From Anaerolineales bacterium (GTDB lineage: Bacteria > Chloroflexota > Anaerolineae > Anaerolineales > Villigracilaceae), in assembly GCA_034433385.1 (NCBI GenBank), contig DAOUAN010000154.1, positions 3,806 through 67,805 on the forward strand: 64,000 nucleotides of DNA, written 5' to 3'. Each line of letters opens with the position of its first letter. The stretch's first letter is position 1. The notes under the pieces are model-generated. The model ran no database searches. It worked only from the letters and a program-made list of their open reading frames with translations, and was not told the origin of the DNA. A program made the position numbers and the translations under genes. Below are positions 1 to 8,709 of this stretch, one piece after another.

Positions 1-591
1 CCCAACAACGGCCTCACCTACGGCAGCGGGCACAACCTGAACAAAATGGCCATCCCCTTTACGCCAGATCTCCCCGCCGACCCGCTGATGGGAATATTGC
101 CCGAAGCCGTCCGCTTGCATCCTCGCGCCAAACGCAGCCATCATCCCATTCTTTCTTTCGCCGGTATCGGCGCCGACGCCATTCTGGCGACCCAAACCCT
201 GTTCAACCCACTGGCGCCCATCGGCGCCCTGGCAAAACAAAACGGCTGGGTCCTGCTCATGGGCGTGGATCACACCACCAACACCAGCATTCATTACGCC
301 GAAAAGCTGGCCGGGCGCAAACAATTCGTCCGCTGGGCGCTGACGGACAATCGCATCGTGGAGTGCCCCGGCTTCCCTGGCGATTCCTCTGGCTTTCAAG
401 AAATTGCCCCCGATCTCGAAAAAGTAAGCCGCTGGGCCAGCGTAGGAGAGGCCACCATTCAGGCCATCCCACTCCAAACCCTGTTGAGCACAGTGGAAAA
501 CCGCATCAAAGAAAACCCGCTGGCGTTACTCTGCCAGCGGGAAGATTGCGAACGTTGCCGCGATGTGCGCGCCGCGCTCAACGGGCGCTAA
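1..591 (+). CDS. Aminoglycoside N3-acetyltransferase (AAC(3)) family protein; N-terminus lies upstream of the window
   Basis: The reading frame is open from base 1 (PNNGLTYGSGHNLNK precedes the Met at 46). The translation has an AAC(3)-like core, LLMGVDHTTNTSIHYAE. Stop at 589-591. Confidence 0.6.
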   Translation, partial: PNNGLTYGSGHNLNKMAIPFTPDLPADPLMGILPEAVRLHPRAKRSHHPILSFAGIGADAILATQTLFNPLAPIGALAKQNGWVLLMGVDHTTNTSIHYAEKLAGRKQFVRWALTDNRIVECPGFPGDSSGFQEIAPDLEKVSRWASVGEATIQAIPLQTLLSTVENRIKENPLALLCQREDCERCRDVRAALNGR

Positions 592-597
592 CATAAG

Positions 598-680
598 TTT
601 TGTGCCATCAGGAGCAATTTACTGAACCTCGCCACTGAGGTCGTTTTTCACGCTTTGTCCGCCAGGTGCACAAAAGTTAG
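598..680. repeat. Minimal (about 80 bp) copy of the MITE-like element family (ends only)
   Basis: TTTTGTGCCATCAGGAGCAATTTACTGAA is joined directly to CTGAGGTCGTTTTTCACGCTTTGTCCGCCAGGTGCACAAAAGTTAGG. These match the left and right ends of the long copies at 40279-40697 and 61369-61652. It lies between the convergent stops of the AAC(3)-like gene and dnaE. Confidence 0.65.
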
Positions 681-685
681 GCGAA

Positions 686-3600
686 TCATTGCAGGGTGAT
701 CTCCTCCACGCGCCAGTTCTCCTCGCCCATCAGCCGCTTGAGGCGTTCCAGCAGCTCTGGGCAAATGCGCGTCGTGTCATTGGGGAAATCAATCAGGTGG
801 CCTTTTCCTTCTTCAAAAATTTGAAAACTAAAGCGATCGCGGCCGTGATAAGAAATCAAGGTCCCATAAATGGTTCTGATGCGCCGCTTGTCGCGCTGTC
901 GGTCGCCGCTAGGGCGTAAAAAGATGGTGATTTGCCGCGGCGGGCGTTCGTTGACGTTTTCGGTGACGAAGGGCATGTAGAGCGAAGGCAGGCGAACAGG
1001 GGATTCAGCCCCTCCCATCGAAGAGGCCAGCAAAAGCGCTTCGCCGCCGGGACTTGAGGCGGATTCCGTTTTCGCAGCCGGGCTCTCCACTCGAAGCGTT
1101 TCCATGCGCCGCGGCGGTTCAGGGGATTCTGGGCGAGCGGCCAGGGAGGCAGCCTCAAAGGTGGGTTGCCATTCTTCCTCCCAGCCTGGCGGGAAGGCCT
1201 CCGGCGGCGGGGGCATATCGTCTTCCGCCCAATCCTCGGCGGGGGGAGGAGGCGGGGGAGTGAGATCGGCCGTCGGTGGGGGCGGTGCGGGGGCGCGCCG
1301 CGGCTGGGGGGTAGGCTGCGGCTTGAGGGCAGAATCCGGCGAGGGCGGCGCGGGATCCGCATTTTCTTCATCCGCCGCAATGACCATTTTGAACTCGGTT
1401 TTGATGTCATCTACCAGCACCTTCGGCGGGCTGGATTGCGCATCTACCTTGCCTTCAACGATGATGATTTGCCCAACAGCGATTTGTGCCGCGTATTTGC
1501 CCCAGGTGCGGGAGAACAGCACCAGCTCGATGTTGCCTTGAATATCTTCCAGGGTGACAAAGCCCATCGGCTTGCCGGTTTTGGTCTGGTAGGGACGGAT
1601 GCTGGTGATCAGGCCGGCCACGCGGACTTTTTCTTCGTGGGCGGCTTCGGCCAGCTGACTGGAGAAGTGGCTGACCACCTTGACCAGGGTGGGCTGGTAG
1701 GGGGTGAGGGGGTGGTCGGAGATGTACAGGCCGATGAGTTCGCGCTCCCAGTTGAGCATCTCGCGCCGATCCACTTCGGTGGCTTCGGGCAGGGCAATGG
1801 TCTCGGTGACGCCGGTGGTTTCGCCGAAGAGGGAAAGCTGACCAGCCTGGGCGGCGCGGAAGTGGCTGGCGCTGACGGAGATGATGCGTTCGAGAGCGGC
1901 CAGCAGGGCAGCGCGGTTGCCAAAGCGATCCAGGGCACCGACCTTGATCAGACATTCCAGGGCACGGCGGCCAACGGCGCGCAAATCGACGCGGCGGGCA
2001 AAGTCATTCAAATCTTTGAACGGCTCGTTGCCCCGGGCAGAAAGGATCACGTTTACCGCACCTTCGCCGACGTTTTTGATGGCGCCAAAGCCAAAGCGAA
2101 TGGCCGGCCCCTGGGGCAGGTCTTCGATGGTGAAATCCCAGTGCGAGGCGTTGATGTCTGGCGGTAAGACCGGAATGCCCATGCTGCGGGCATCGGCGAT
2201 GTAGAGGGCCACTTTTTCGGTCTCGTTGCGGGTGACCGACATGAGCGAACTCATGTATTCGGCCGGGTAGTGGGCTTTGAGGTAGGCGGTTTGGACAGCG
2301 ATCACGCCGTAATCGGCGGCATGGCTTTTGTTGAAGCCGTAACGGGCGAATTCTTCCCAGTCGGAGAAAATTTGGTTGGCCACATCTTCGGGGATGCCTT
2401 TTTTCGCCGCGCCTTTGACGAATTTTTCACGGTGCTTTTGCAGTTTTTCGGCGATTTTCTTGGCAATGGCCTTGCGCAGATCATCGGCTTCGGATTGGGT
2501 GTAGCCAGCCAGCTGCACGGCGGCATTCATCAGTTGTTCCTGATAGACCGGGATGCCGTAGGTATCCTGGAAGATCGGGCGCAGGGCTTCGTGGCGATAT
2601 TCGACTTCTGCCTCGCCGTGCATGCGGGCGATGTAATCGGGGATGAATTGCATTGGGCCGGGGCGGTAAAGCGCCACCATGGCGATGACGTGATCCAGGG
2701 TTTGGGGCTTCATCTGCACCAGCCAGCGGGTCATTCCGCCGCCTTCCAGTTGGAAGACGCCGAGGGTCTGTCCATTGCCCAGAAGTTCGAATGCCTTGGG
2801 GTCGTCGAGGGGAATGTTGCTGAGGTCAAAGTGAACGCCATGGCGTTTTTCGATGAGGGCGCAAGCGCGCGCCATCACGGTGAGGGTAGCCAGGCCGAGG
2901 AAATCCACCTTGAGCATCCCCAGCGATTCGAGGATGCCCATTTCAAATTGGGTGACGGTTTTGATGGGGGTATCTTCAGCGTTGGAGGTAGGGCGATGTA
3001 GGGGCAGATATTCCACCAGAGGGCGATCGCTGATCACCACGCCGGCGGCATGGGTGCCTGCATTGCGCACCGTGCCTTCCATTTTGGCGGCGGTATCCAC
3101 CAGTTCGCGCATGTAGGGGGTGGATTCGTACATCTGTTTGAACTCTGGCACGGCCAGGGCATCTTCCATCGTCACCGTTTTGCCGGAGACGAAGGGGACG
3201 AGTTTAGCCAGGCGATCTACTTCGGAAAGGGGGATATCCATCACTCGCCCAACATCGCGCAGGGCGGCTTTTGTGCCCATGGTGCCAAACGTGATGATTT
3301 GGGCCACTTTGTCATCGCCGTATTTGTGGGCGCAATATTCGAGCATTTCGCTGCGGCGGTCGTCGCGAAAGTCCAGATCAATATCGGGCATGGAGATACG
3401 TCCCGGGTTGAGGAAGCGCTCGAAGATCAGGTCGTGCTCGATGGGATCCACCATGGTGATCTCAAGGCTGTAGGCGACGATGGATCCTGCCGCCGAACCG
3501 CGCGCGTTGTACCAGATGCCATTTTCGCGGGCATGACGGCACAAATCCCAGACGATGAGGAAGTAGGCATCAAAGCCCATGTCATGGATCACGCGCAATT

Positions 3601-4573
3601 CATAGTCGAGGCGCTGGCGGATTTTTGGGTCGGAGGCCTTGTTTCCGTAGCGACGTTGCAATCCCTGTTCACACAGATGGCGCAGATAAGTCTCAGCGGT
3701 GTGCCCTTCAGGGACGGGGAATTCGGGCAGGTGGTAGCCCTTGAAGGACAGGTCCACATGGCAACGCTCGGCGATGAGCAGGGTATTGCTGAGCGCCTCA
3801 GGGACTTCGGCGAAGAGGGCGGCCATCTCCTGCGGGGTGCGCAGGTAGTAAGAGGCATCGGTCATCCGCATCCGATCGGGGTCGGAGAGCGTGGAGTTGG
3901 TTTGGATGGCGAGCAAAATGTCCTGGAGGCGGGCGTCTTCAGGGTTAATGTAATGGACATCGTTGGTGGCTACATAGCGGGCTTCGTAGCGTGCGCCTAA
4001 TTCAACCAATTTGCGGTTCAAGTCGGTGATTTCTTTGATGTTGTGGTGCTGCAGTTCGACAAAGAAGCGGTCGCGGCCAAAGACATCAAAGTACCAGTTC
4101 ATGCGGCGCACGGCTTCTTGAGGATTTTCTTCGAGCAAGGCGCGCGGAATTTCGGCGGACATGCAGCCGGTGGTGCAAATCAGCCCTTCAGAGTGGGCGG
4201 CCAGAAATTCGTGGTCAATGCGTGGATAGTAATAAAAGCCCTGAAGCTGGGCGGCGGAAGCAATTTTGAGCAGGTTCTTGTAGCCGGTCTCGTTTTCGGC
4301 CAGCAGCAGGAGATGATAGGATTTTTTGTCTAACTTGGGGTCGCGGTCGGTCATGCCGCGTGCCGCCATGTAAGCCTCCAGCCCAATGATCGGCTTGATC
4401 CCGGCGGCAGTAGCGGCATTGTAGAAGTCAATGACACCGAACATCGTGCCGTGATCGGTGATCGCAACCGCGGGCATGTTCAGTTCTTTGACGCGTTTCA
4501 CCAGCTTCTTGATGTTGGAGAAGCCATCAAGCAAGGAGTATTCGGTGTGGACGTGGAGGTGAGCAAATGTCAT
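686..4573 (-). CDS. dnaE: DNA polymerase III alpha subunit with a C-terminal extension of about 230 aa
   Basis: N-terminal PHP motif MTFAHLHVHTEYSLLDG, a long pol III alpha core and an OB fold (VRVAGLITSIRPYQTKTGKPMGFVTLED). I moved the start to the ATG at 4573 instead of the ORF-track start at 4609. Confidence 0.95.
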   Translation of the reverse strand: MTFAHLHVHTEYSLLDGFSNIKKLVKRVKELNMPAVAITDHGTMFGVIDFYNAATAAGIKPIIGLEAYMAARGMTDRDPKLDKKSYHLLLLAENETGYKNLLKIASAAQLQGFYYYPRIDHEFLAAHSEGLICTTGCMSAEIPRALLEENPQEAVRRMNWYFDVFGRDRFFVELQHHNIKEITDLNRKLVELGARYEARYVATNDVHYINPEDARLQDILLAIQTNSTLSDPDRMRMTDASYYLRTPQEMAALFAEVPEALSNTLLIAERCHVDLSFKGYHLPEFPVPEGHTAETYLRHLCEQGLQRRYGNKASDPKIRQRLDYELRVIHDMGFDAYFLIVWDLCRHARENGIWYNARGSAAGSIVAYSLEITMVDPIEHDLIFERFLNPGRISMPDIDLDFRDDRRSEMLEYCAHKYGDDKVAQIITFGTMGTKAALRDVGRVMDIPLSEVDRLAKLVPFVSGKTVTMEDALAVPEFKQMYESTPYMRELVDTAAKMEGTVRNAGTHAAGVVISDRPLVEYLPLHRPTSNAEDTPIKTVTQFEMGILESLGMLKVDFLGLATLTVMARACALIEKRHGVHFDLSNIPLDDPKAFELLGNGQTLGVFQLEGGGMTRWLVQMKPQTLDHVIAMVALYRPGPMQFIPDYIARMHGEAEVEYRHEALRPIFQDTYGIPVYQEQLMNAAVQLAGYTQSEADDLRKAIAKKIAEKLQKHREKFVKGAAKKGIPEDVANQIFSDWEEFARYGFNKSHAADYGVIAVQTAYLKAHYPAEYMSSLMSVTRNETEKVALYIADARSMGIPVLPPDINASHWDFTIEDLPQGPAIRFGFGAIKNVGEGAVNVILSARGNEPFKDLNDFARRVDLRAVGRRALECLIKVGALDRFGNRAALLAALERIISVSASHFRAAQAGQLSLFGETTGVTETIALPEATEVDRREMLNWERELIGLYISDHPLTPYQPTLVKVVSHFSSQLAEAAHEEKVRVAGLITSIRPYQTKTGKPMGFVTLEDIQGNIELVLFSRTWGKYAAQIAVGQIIIVEGKVDAQSSPPKVLVDDIKTEFKMVIAADEENADPAPPSPDSALKPQPTPQPRRAPAPPPPTADLTPPPPPPAEDWAEDDMPPPPEAFPPGWEEEWQPTFEAASLAARPESPEPPRRMETLRVESPAAKTESASSPGGEALLLASSMGGAESPVRLPSLYMPFVTENVNERPPRQITIFLRPSGDRQRDKRRIRTIYGTLISYHGRDRFSFQIFEEGKGHLIDFPNDTTRICPELLERLKRLMGEENWRVEEITLQ

Positions 4574-4709
4574 GTCGGTTAAATAGCAAAAGAAGGGGCA
4601 ATGAAGCAAGCAGGGGGTAAAACGATTATAGCACGGCGATGGAGAAAGAGAACAAAGTCACGTATAATCGGATAAAGTTGTTTCTCGCCTACTTCAGGAG
4701 AGCGCCACC

Positions 4710-6146
4710 ATGCCTTTTACCCCTGTCTATTATTCTCAGCAAGACCCGGCCTGGAAAAACGTCAAAATTGGCTTCAGCCATGAGACCATCGGTCACGTGG
4801 GTTGTGCCCTGACCAGCGTGGCCATGTTGTTGAGCGGGCACGGCTTCCCCGAAACGCCAGAAAGCCTGAACAAAAGATTGAAAAACAACGGCGGCTTTGT
4901 GGACGCGGCCATCGTGTGGAGCGCGGTCAGTGCAATTTATCCGCAAATCAAAACCAAGCCTTTGATTCTTTGCTACGATACCGACGCCCCACTGGCTCAA
5001 ATCGACGCGGCGCTCGCCGCCGGACAACCAGTCATCGTGCAGGTTGATAGTTCGCCAGCGCCCGGCCTGCAAACGCATTGGGTGGTGCTTTATGCCCGCC
5101 AGGACAATGACTATCTCATTCTCGATCCCTGGCCCTATCCGCCAGAAAGCGGCAAAAATGTGCTGCTGATGTCCCGTTACAGCCAGGGAAAGCCGCTTAA
5201 AAAGACAATTACCGCGGTGGTTATGTACGAGTGTCCATCTTCTGGCGGAACGATTCCGCTGCCGCCGCCGCCCGCCACCACCGAGACCAACCTGTTTTTG
5301 CAGGTTTCGGCCAGCGCGGCCGCCGGTTTGCGCCTGCGCAATCAACCGACATTGGATGCGAATACGCTGACCATCGAACCGCCGGGCACGCGGCTGCGGG
5401 TCATCGAGCCAGAATCGGTGGCCGAACCGAAGATCGGCGTTTACAACCAGTGGATTCGGGTGCGCGACCCGAATGGGCAGGAAGGCTATGTGGCCGCCTG
5501 GTTTGTCGAACGCGCTACACCGGTCGAGGTACCGCCTCCGCCTCCCAGCCCGGAACCTCCACCCCCGCCAGAGCCACCTGCGCCACCTCCCAGCCCCCAG
5601 CCCGAAGAGCCAGCGGCTGAACAGGAAAAACTGGTCGTCATGGTTTCGTCAAGTGTGGGCGCAAGTGGATTGCGTTTGCGCCAGCAACCCAGCCTCGGCG
5701 GGGCGTTGATTACCGTCCTGCCCGCCGGAGAACGCCTGACCGTGCTGGAGAAGCCAGAAGTAGCCCGCCCGAAGATCGGCAAGGCCAATCAGTGGCTGTA
5801 TGTGCGCGATAGCGCCAAAAACCGGGGCTACGTCTCGGCGCAATTTGTGCGGGAAGCAGCCGAAGAAACTCCGCCCGCGGCGGACGAGATTCCTCCCGCC
5901 GGGCCGCCGACCGCCCCGTTGATGGTCACGGTTTCAAGCCTGGCCGCGGCCGGACTGCGCTTGCGAAAACAGGCCAGCCTGAGCGGAGAGACGATCACCA
6001 TCCTGCCGCCTAAGACTTTGCTTCTCGTTTTGGAAGATGCCAGCAGCGCCGGGCCGAAGATCGGCGTGTACAATGAATGGTTGCAGGTACGCGAGCCCGG
6101 AGGAAAAGAAGGCTACGTGGCGGCCTGGTATGTGAAGGCGGCGTAA
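4710..6146 (+). CDS. Peptidase C39-like cysteine peptidase domain followed by three bacterial SH3 (SH3b) repeats
   Basis: The N-terminal domain has YYSQQDPAW...GHVGCALTSVAMLL and a downstream THWVVL (Cys/His pair). Three repeats of about 60 aa have the form LRLR.QP....(I/L)T(I/V)LP...L.V.E......KIG..N.W..VR....K.GYV.A.(F/Y)V. Pro-rich linkers separate them. Confidence 0.7.
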   Translation: MPFTPVYYSQQDPAWKNVKIGFSHETIGHVGCALTSVAMLLSGHGFPETPESLNKRLKNNGGFVDAAIVWSAVSAIYPQIKTKPLILCYDTDAPLAQIDAALAAGQPVIVQVDSSPAPGLQTHWVVLYARQDNDYLILDPWPYPPESGKNVLLMSRYSQGKPLKKTITAVVMYECPSSGGTIPLPPPPATTETNLFLQVSASAAAGLRLRNQPTLDANTLTIEPPGTRLRVIEPESVAEPKIGVYNQWIRVRDPNGQEGYVAAWFVERATPVEVPPPPPSPEPPPPPEPPAPPPSPQPEEPAAEQEKLVVMVSSSVGASGLRLRQQPSLGGALITVLPAGERLTVLEKPEVARPKIGKANQWLYVRDSAKNRGYVSAQFVREAAEETPPAADEIPPAGPPTAPLMVTVSSLAAAGLRLRKQASLSGETITILPPKTLLLVLEDASSAGPKIGVYNEWLQVREPGGKEGYVAAWYVKAA

Positions 6147-6178
6147 CGCGGGTAGCCTTGCACCGAGAGGCCACTGTT

Positions 6179-7279
6179 TTAAGGCAGCGTCTGATTCAGC
6201 GCCTGGATAAAGACCTCCACCATGCGCTCGATGTTAATTTCTTGAGCAACGATACGGTAAGAGGCGGCTCCCATCTGGCGCAGTTTGGGCAGGTCGGCCA
6301 GCGCCAGGCGCAGGGTCTCCACCAGGGCGGGAAAATCATCGGGCGGGATCTGCCAGCCGTTTTCGGGGCGGACGAGGTCGTCTTGCGTGCCATCGCCGCG
6401 GGCGACGATGACCGGCAGGGCAAAGCTCATCGCCTCCTGCACAGCCAACCCACCGGTTCCCGGCAGGACAAAGAGATCGGCGGCCTGCCAATATGGCGTT
6501 AACTGCTCCCCATGCCTGGCGCCGACGAATTCAGCAGAAGGGTACACTTGCTCCGCCAGGCGTTCCAGGCGGGAGCGCTCTGGGCCATCTCCCACGATGA
6601 TCAGGCGCGGTGCTGGCTCAGGCAGGGCGGCACAGGCACGGAGTAACCAATCCACCCGTTTGCGCTGCTGCAAGCGGCCCACAAAGAGCACCGTCGGGCG
6701 GGGAGGAGAATCAGGGCGGAGCGGCGGCGGATGAGGGGGTGACGGGGCGACCGCGTTGCAGGCGACGAAAATCCGCTCAGGGGGGACGCCAGCCCGAGCA
6801 TATTCTTCAGCGCCGCGGTGACTGTAGGCAATCAGGGCGTCGAATCGGCTGAGGAAGGCGCGGCGGCGCATTTGACGGAATCCGGCCAGGGGTCCAGAAA
6901 GAGACGGGGCGCCCAATCCCCAGCCGATGACTGGGCGGCCGCGGGCGTGCATCCAGCGCACTGCAGCGGGAGTCGCCAGGTAGCGTTGATTCGCTTCCAC
7001 AATGAGGGCATCGGGGTCCCAATCTTGAAGCCACTCTACAAAGCCCTTTTGGTAGCAAAGATAAAACACCCCGCCGAACAAATGCAGGTTGGTAGCAGGG
7101 ACAAAGTGCACGCCGCGCGGCGCCTGGGCCGAGAGAATGCCCTCCTGGGGGCGCGGTTGGCCGGCAAAAAGGCTCAGCCCTCCCTGGCAGGCACGCGCCA
7201 GGGTTTCGAAAAAGGGAAGGCGATAAGCGGGCAACACGCGCTGTTGCAAAGCCAGGCGCCCTGGAAAGTGAGGGGTCAT
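6179..7279 (-). CDS. Glycosyltransferase family 4 (GT-B)
   Basis: C-terminal EX7E-type region FVLPGTGGLAVQEAMSFALPVIVARGDGTQDDLV. The start is set at MTPHFPG (ATG 7279), which overlaps the upstream stop as ATGA. Confidence 0.8.
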   Translation of the reverse strand: MTPHFPGRLALQQRVLPAYRLPFFETLARACQGGLSLFAGQPRPQEGILSAQAPRGVHFVPATNLHLFGGVFYLCYQKGFVEWLQDWDPDALIVEANQRYLATPAAVRWMHARGRPVIGWGLGAPSLSGPLAGFRQMRRRAFLSRFDALIAYSHRGAEEYARAGVPPERIFVACNAVAPSPPHPPPLRPDSPPRPTVLFVGRLQQRKRVDWLLRACAALPEPAPRLIIVGDGPERSRLERLAEQVYPSAEFVGARHGEQLTPYWQAADLFVLPGTGGLAVQEAMSFALPVIVARGDGTQDDLVRPENGWQIPPDDFPALVETLRLALADLPKLRQMGAASYRIVAQEINIERMVEVFIQALNQTLP

Positions 7280-8709
7280 GGGGTGCCTCCACCCGGGCAA
7301 CGCAGGTAAATGGCGGCATAAGCGTCGCGGTATTGGGGACACCAGTGCGACGAGGCCGAGACGGCCTCCAGCAAACGCGGTTCATTGACAACGGAAATCA
7401 TCAGCAAGTTGACCTTTTCTTCGGCGAGCAAAGTCTCCCAATTATATTCGGCGCGGGCAATGGACTGGTAGCGTTGCCACTGGGAAGGGGGGTAGAGATA
7501 AAAACGGGTGTCGATCCATACCGGCCGGGACGGCAGGGCGAAGGACAGGTAACTGCCAAAAACATAACCGCTCCACAGGGGGCCGGGCAGGTCGGGGTGT
7601 TCGGCCAGCCAGCGAACGGCGGCAACGGGTGTGTTGGTGAGGGAGTAGGGGGCGGGGGCCGCAGGCCACCAGGCCTGGCGCAGTCCAGGGAGCAGGGAAA
7701 GCGGCAGGAGCAAAAGCAGGCTGCCGGTCACCAGGTTGAGCCGCGGGCGGATCTGCGCCGGTGGGCGATCGAACCAGCGCTGGTCAAAATCCGCGAGCAG
7801 GGCAGCGGTGAGCACGGCGAGGAGATTCAAAAACCAGATGACGTAGCGCAGGCCCGAAAGAGCCAGCCAGCCGAAGGCGAGGAACCAGCCCCATTCCAGG
7901 CGAGAGAGGCGGCGCGGTGAAAAGGCCACCAGAGGCATGAAGAGGAGCAGCCAGGCGAAAAACAGATTCATCTGCCAGCCTTCGTTGAGGGGAGGCCGCC
8001 ACTCGGCGCTGAAGAGCTGATCGGCAGGCGAGCGCAACATGCCAACGACATAACCGAATACATCGATTCCGCGCGGGTTGATCAGCGTCGCCAACAGGGT
8101 CAGCACCATCCACAACAAAAGGGAGGTGCGTTTCCCTTCACCAAGCAGCCAGGCCATGCCCGCTAGCAGGAAAAGCAGGACGAAGGAGCCATGCAGGTTG
8201 GCCCACAAGGCGCCAAGCCCAGGCAAGAGCCAGAGCATTCGCTCTTTACCCTGTTGCCAGTTCCAGAGAAGCCACAATGTGGCCACGAAGAGGGGATAAG
8301 CGAAAATCTGCGGGCGCAATGACCAGTTGTTGCTGCCCGTCAGGGCTGCCAGCAGGAGGAGCAGGCTGGCGAGGCGTGGCCCGGCGCCCTGCTGACGCAT
8401 CCCTTGCCAGAGCAGGGTATAGGTCAGGGCGAGCAACAGGCCGCGCAGCAGGAAGGTCAACGTCAGGCCGCCGGCGGCATAGGTGAGCCAGAAGAGCAGC
8501 GCCGCAAGCCAGGCCTGGTAAAAGACTGGTTGTCCGCTGTGGGTAAAGGTCAAGGTATCGTAACGCGGCACAGCGCCGAGACGGAGCGTATCCTGTCCGA
8601 TGCGCAGATAAAGCCAGTAATCGTGCGGCTCAATGGGCAGGAGAAAGGCCAGGCAGAGCACAATGAAGAGGGCCAGGCTCAACCAGAGAAAATTCAGGCT
8701 ACGGTTCAT
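7276..8709 (-). CDS. Polytopic membrane protein, possible GT-C-type glycosyltransferase or polymerase
   Basis: About 12 hydrophobic segments, flanked by two GT4 genes and coupled to both by 4-nt overlaps. No diagnostic catalytic motif was recognised. Confidence 0.55.
   Translation of the reverse strand: MNRSLNFLWLSLALFIVLCLAFLLPIEPHDYWLYLRIGQDTLRLGAVPRYDTLTFTHSGQPVFYQAWLAALLFWLTYAAGGLTLTFLLRGLLLALTYTLLWQGMRQQGAGPRLASLLLLLAALTGSNNWSLRPQIFAYPLFVATLWLLWNWQQGKERMLWLLPGLGALWANLHGSFVLLFLLAGMAWLLGEGKRTSLLLWMVLTLLATLINPRGIDVFGYVVGMLRSPADQLFSAEWRPPLNEGWQMNLFFAWLLLFMPLVAFSPRRLSRLEWGWFLAFGWLALSGLRYVIWFLNLLAVLTAALLADFDQRWFDRPPAQIRPRLNLVTGSLLLLLPLSLLPGLRQAWWPAAPAPYSLTNTPVAAVRWLAEHPDLPGPLWSGYVFGSYLSFALPSRPVWIDTRFYLYPPSQWQRYQSIARAEYNWETLLAEEKVNLLMISVVNEPRLLEAVSASSHWCPQYRDAYAAIYLRCPGGGTP

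Noticed and set aside
1104-2167. Plus-strand ORFs 1104-1541 and 1166-2167 (Gly/Arg-rich), and the many similar long ORFs opposite real genes. Examples are 2270-3001, 3050-4000, 37522-38841, 44894-45952, 47036-48001, 57589-58548, 59103-59792 and 62209-63048.
   Set aside because: They lie antisense to, or out of frame with, genes that have clear family motifs. They have Arg/Gly/Ala/Pro-biased composition typical of shadow ORFs in high-GC DNA. They have no recognisable domains or ribosome-binding sites.
4574-4609. N-terminal extensions proposed by the ORF track. Examples are dnaE from 4609, pdxS from 27109, gdh from 38751, the CrtI-like gene from 58581, pyrC from 49307, the first GT4 from 7342 and the second GT4 from 9767.
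   Set aside because: Internal ATG or GTG starts coincide with conserved family N-termini, with SD-like sequences or with 4-nt coupling overlaps to the upstream gene. The extensions overlap neighbouring genes or regulatory hairpins.
5500-5620. Proline-codon-rich tracts (5500-5620, 5860-5930, 1150-1400 and 13040-13140) as DNA-level repeats or contingency loci.
   Set aside because: They are in-frame Pro/Thr-rich interdomain linkers of the SH3b protein, DnaE and the LTD protein. They are not exact nucleotide repeats.
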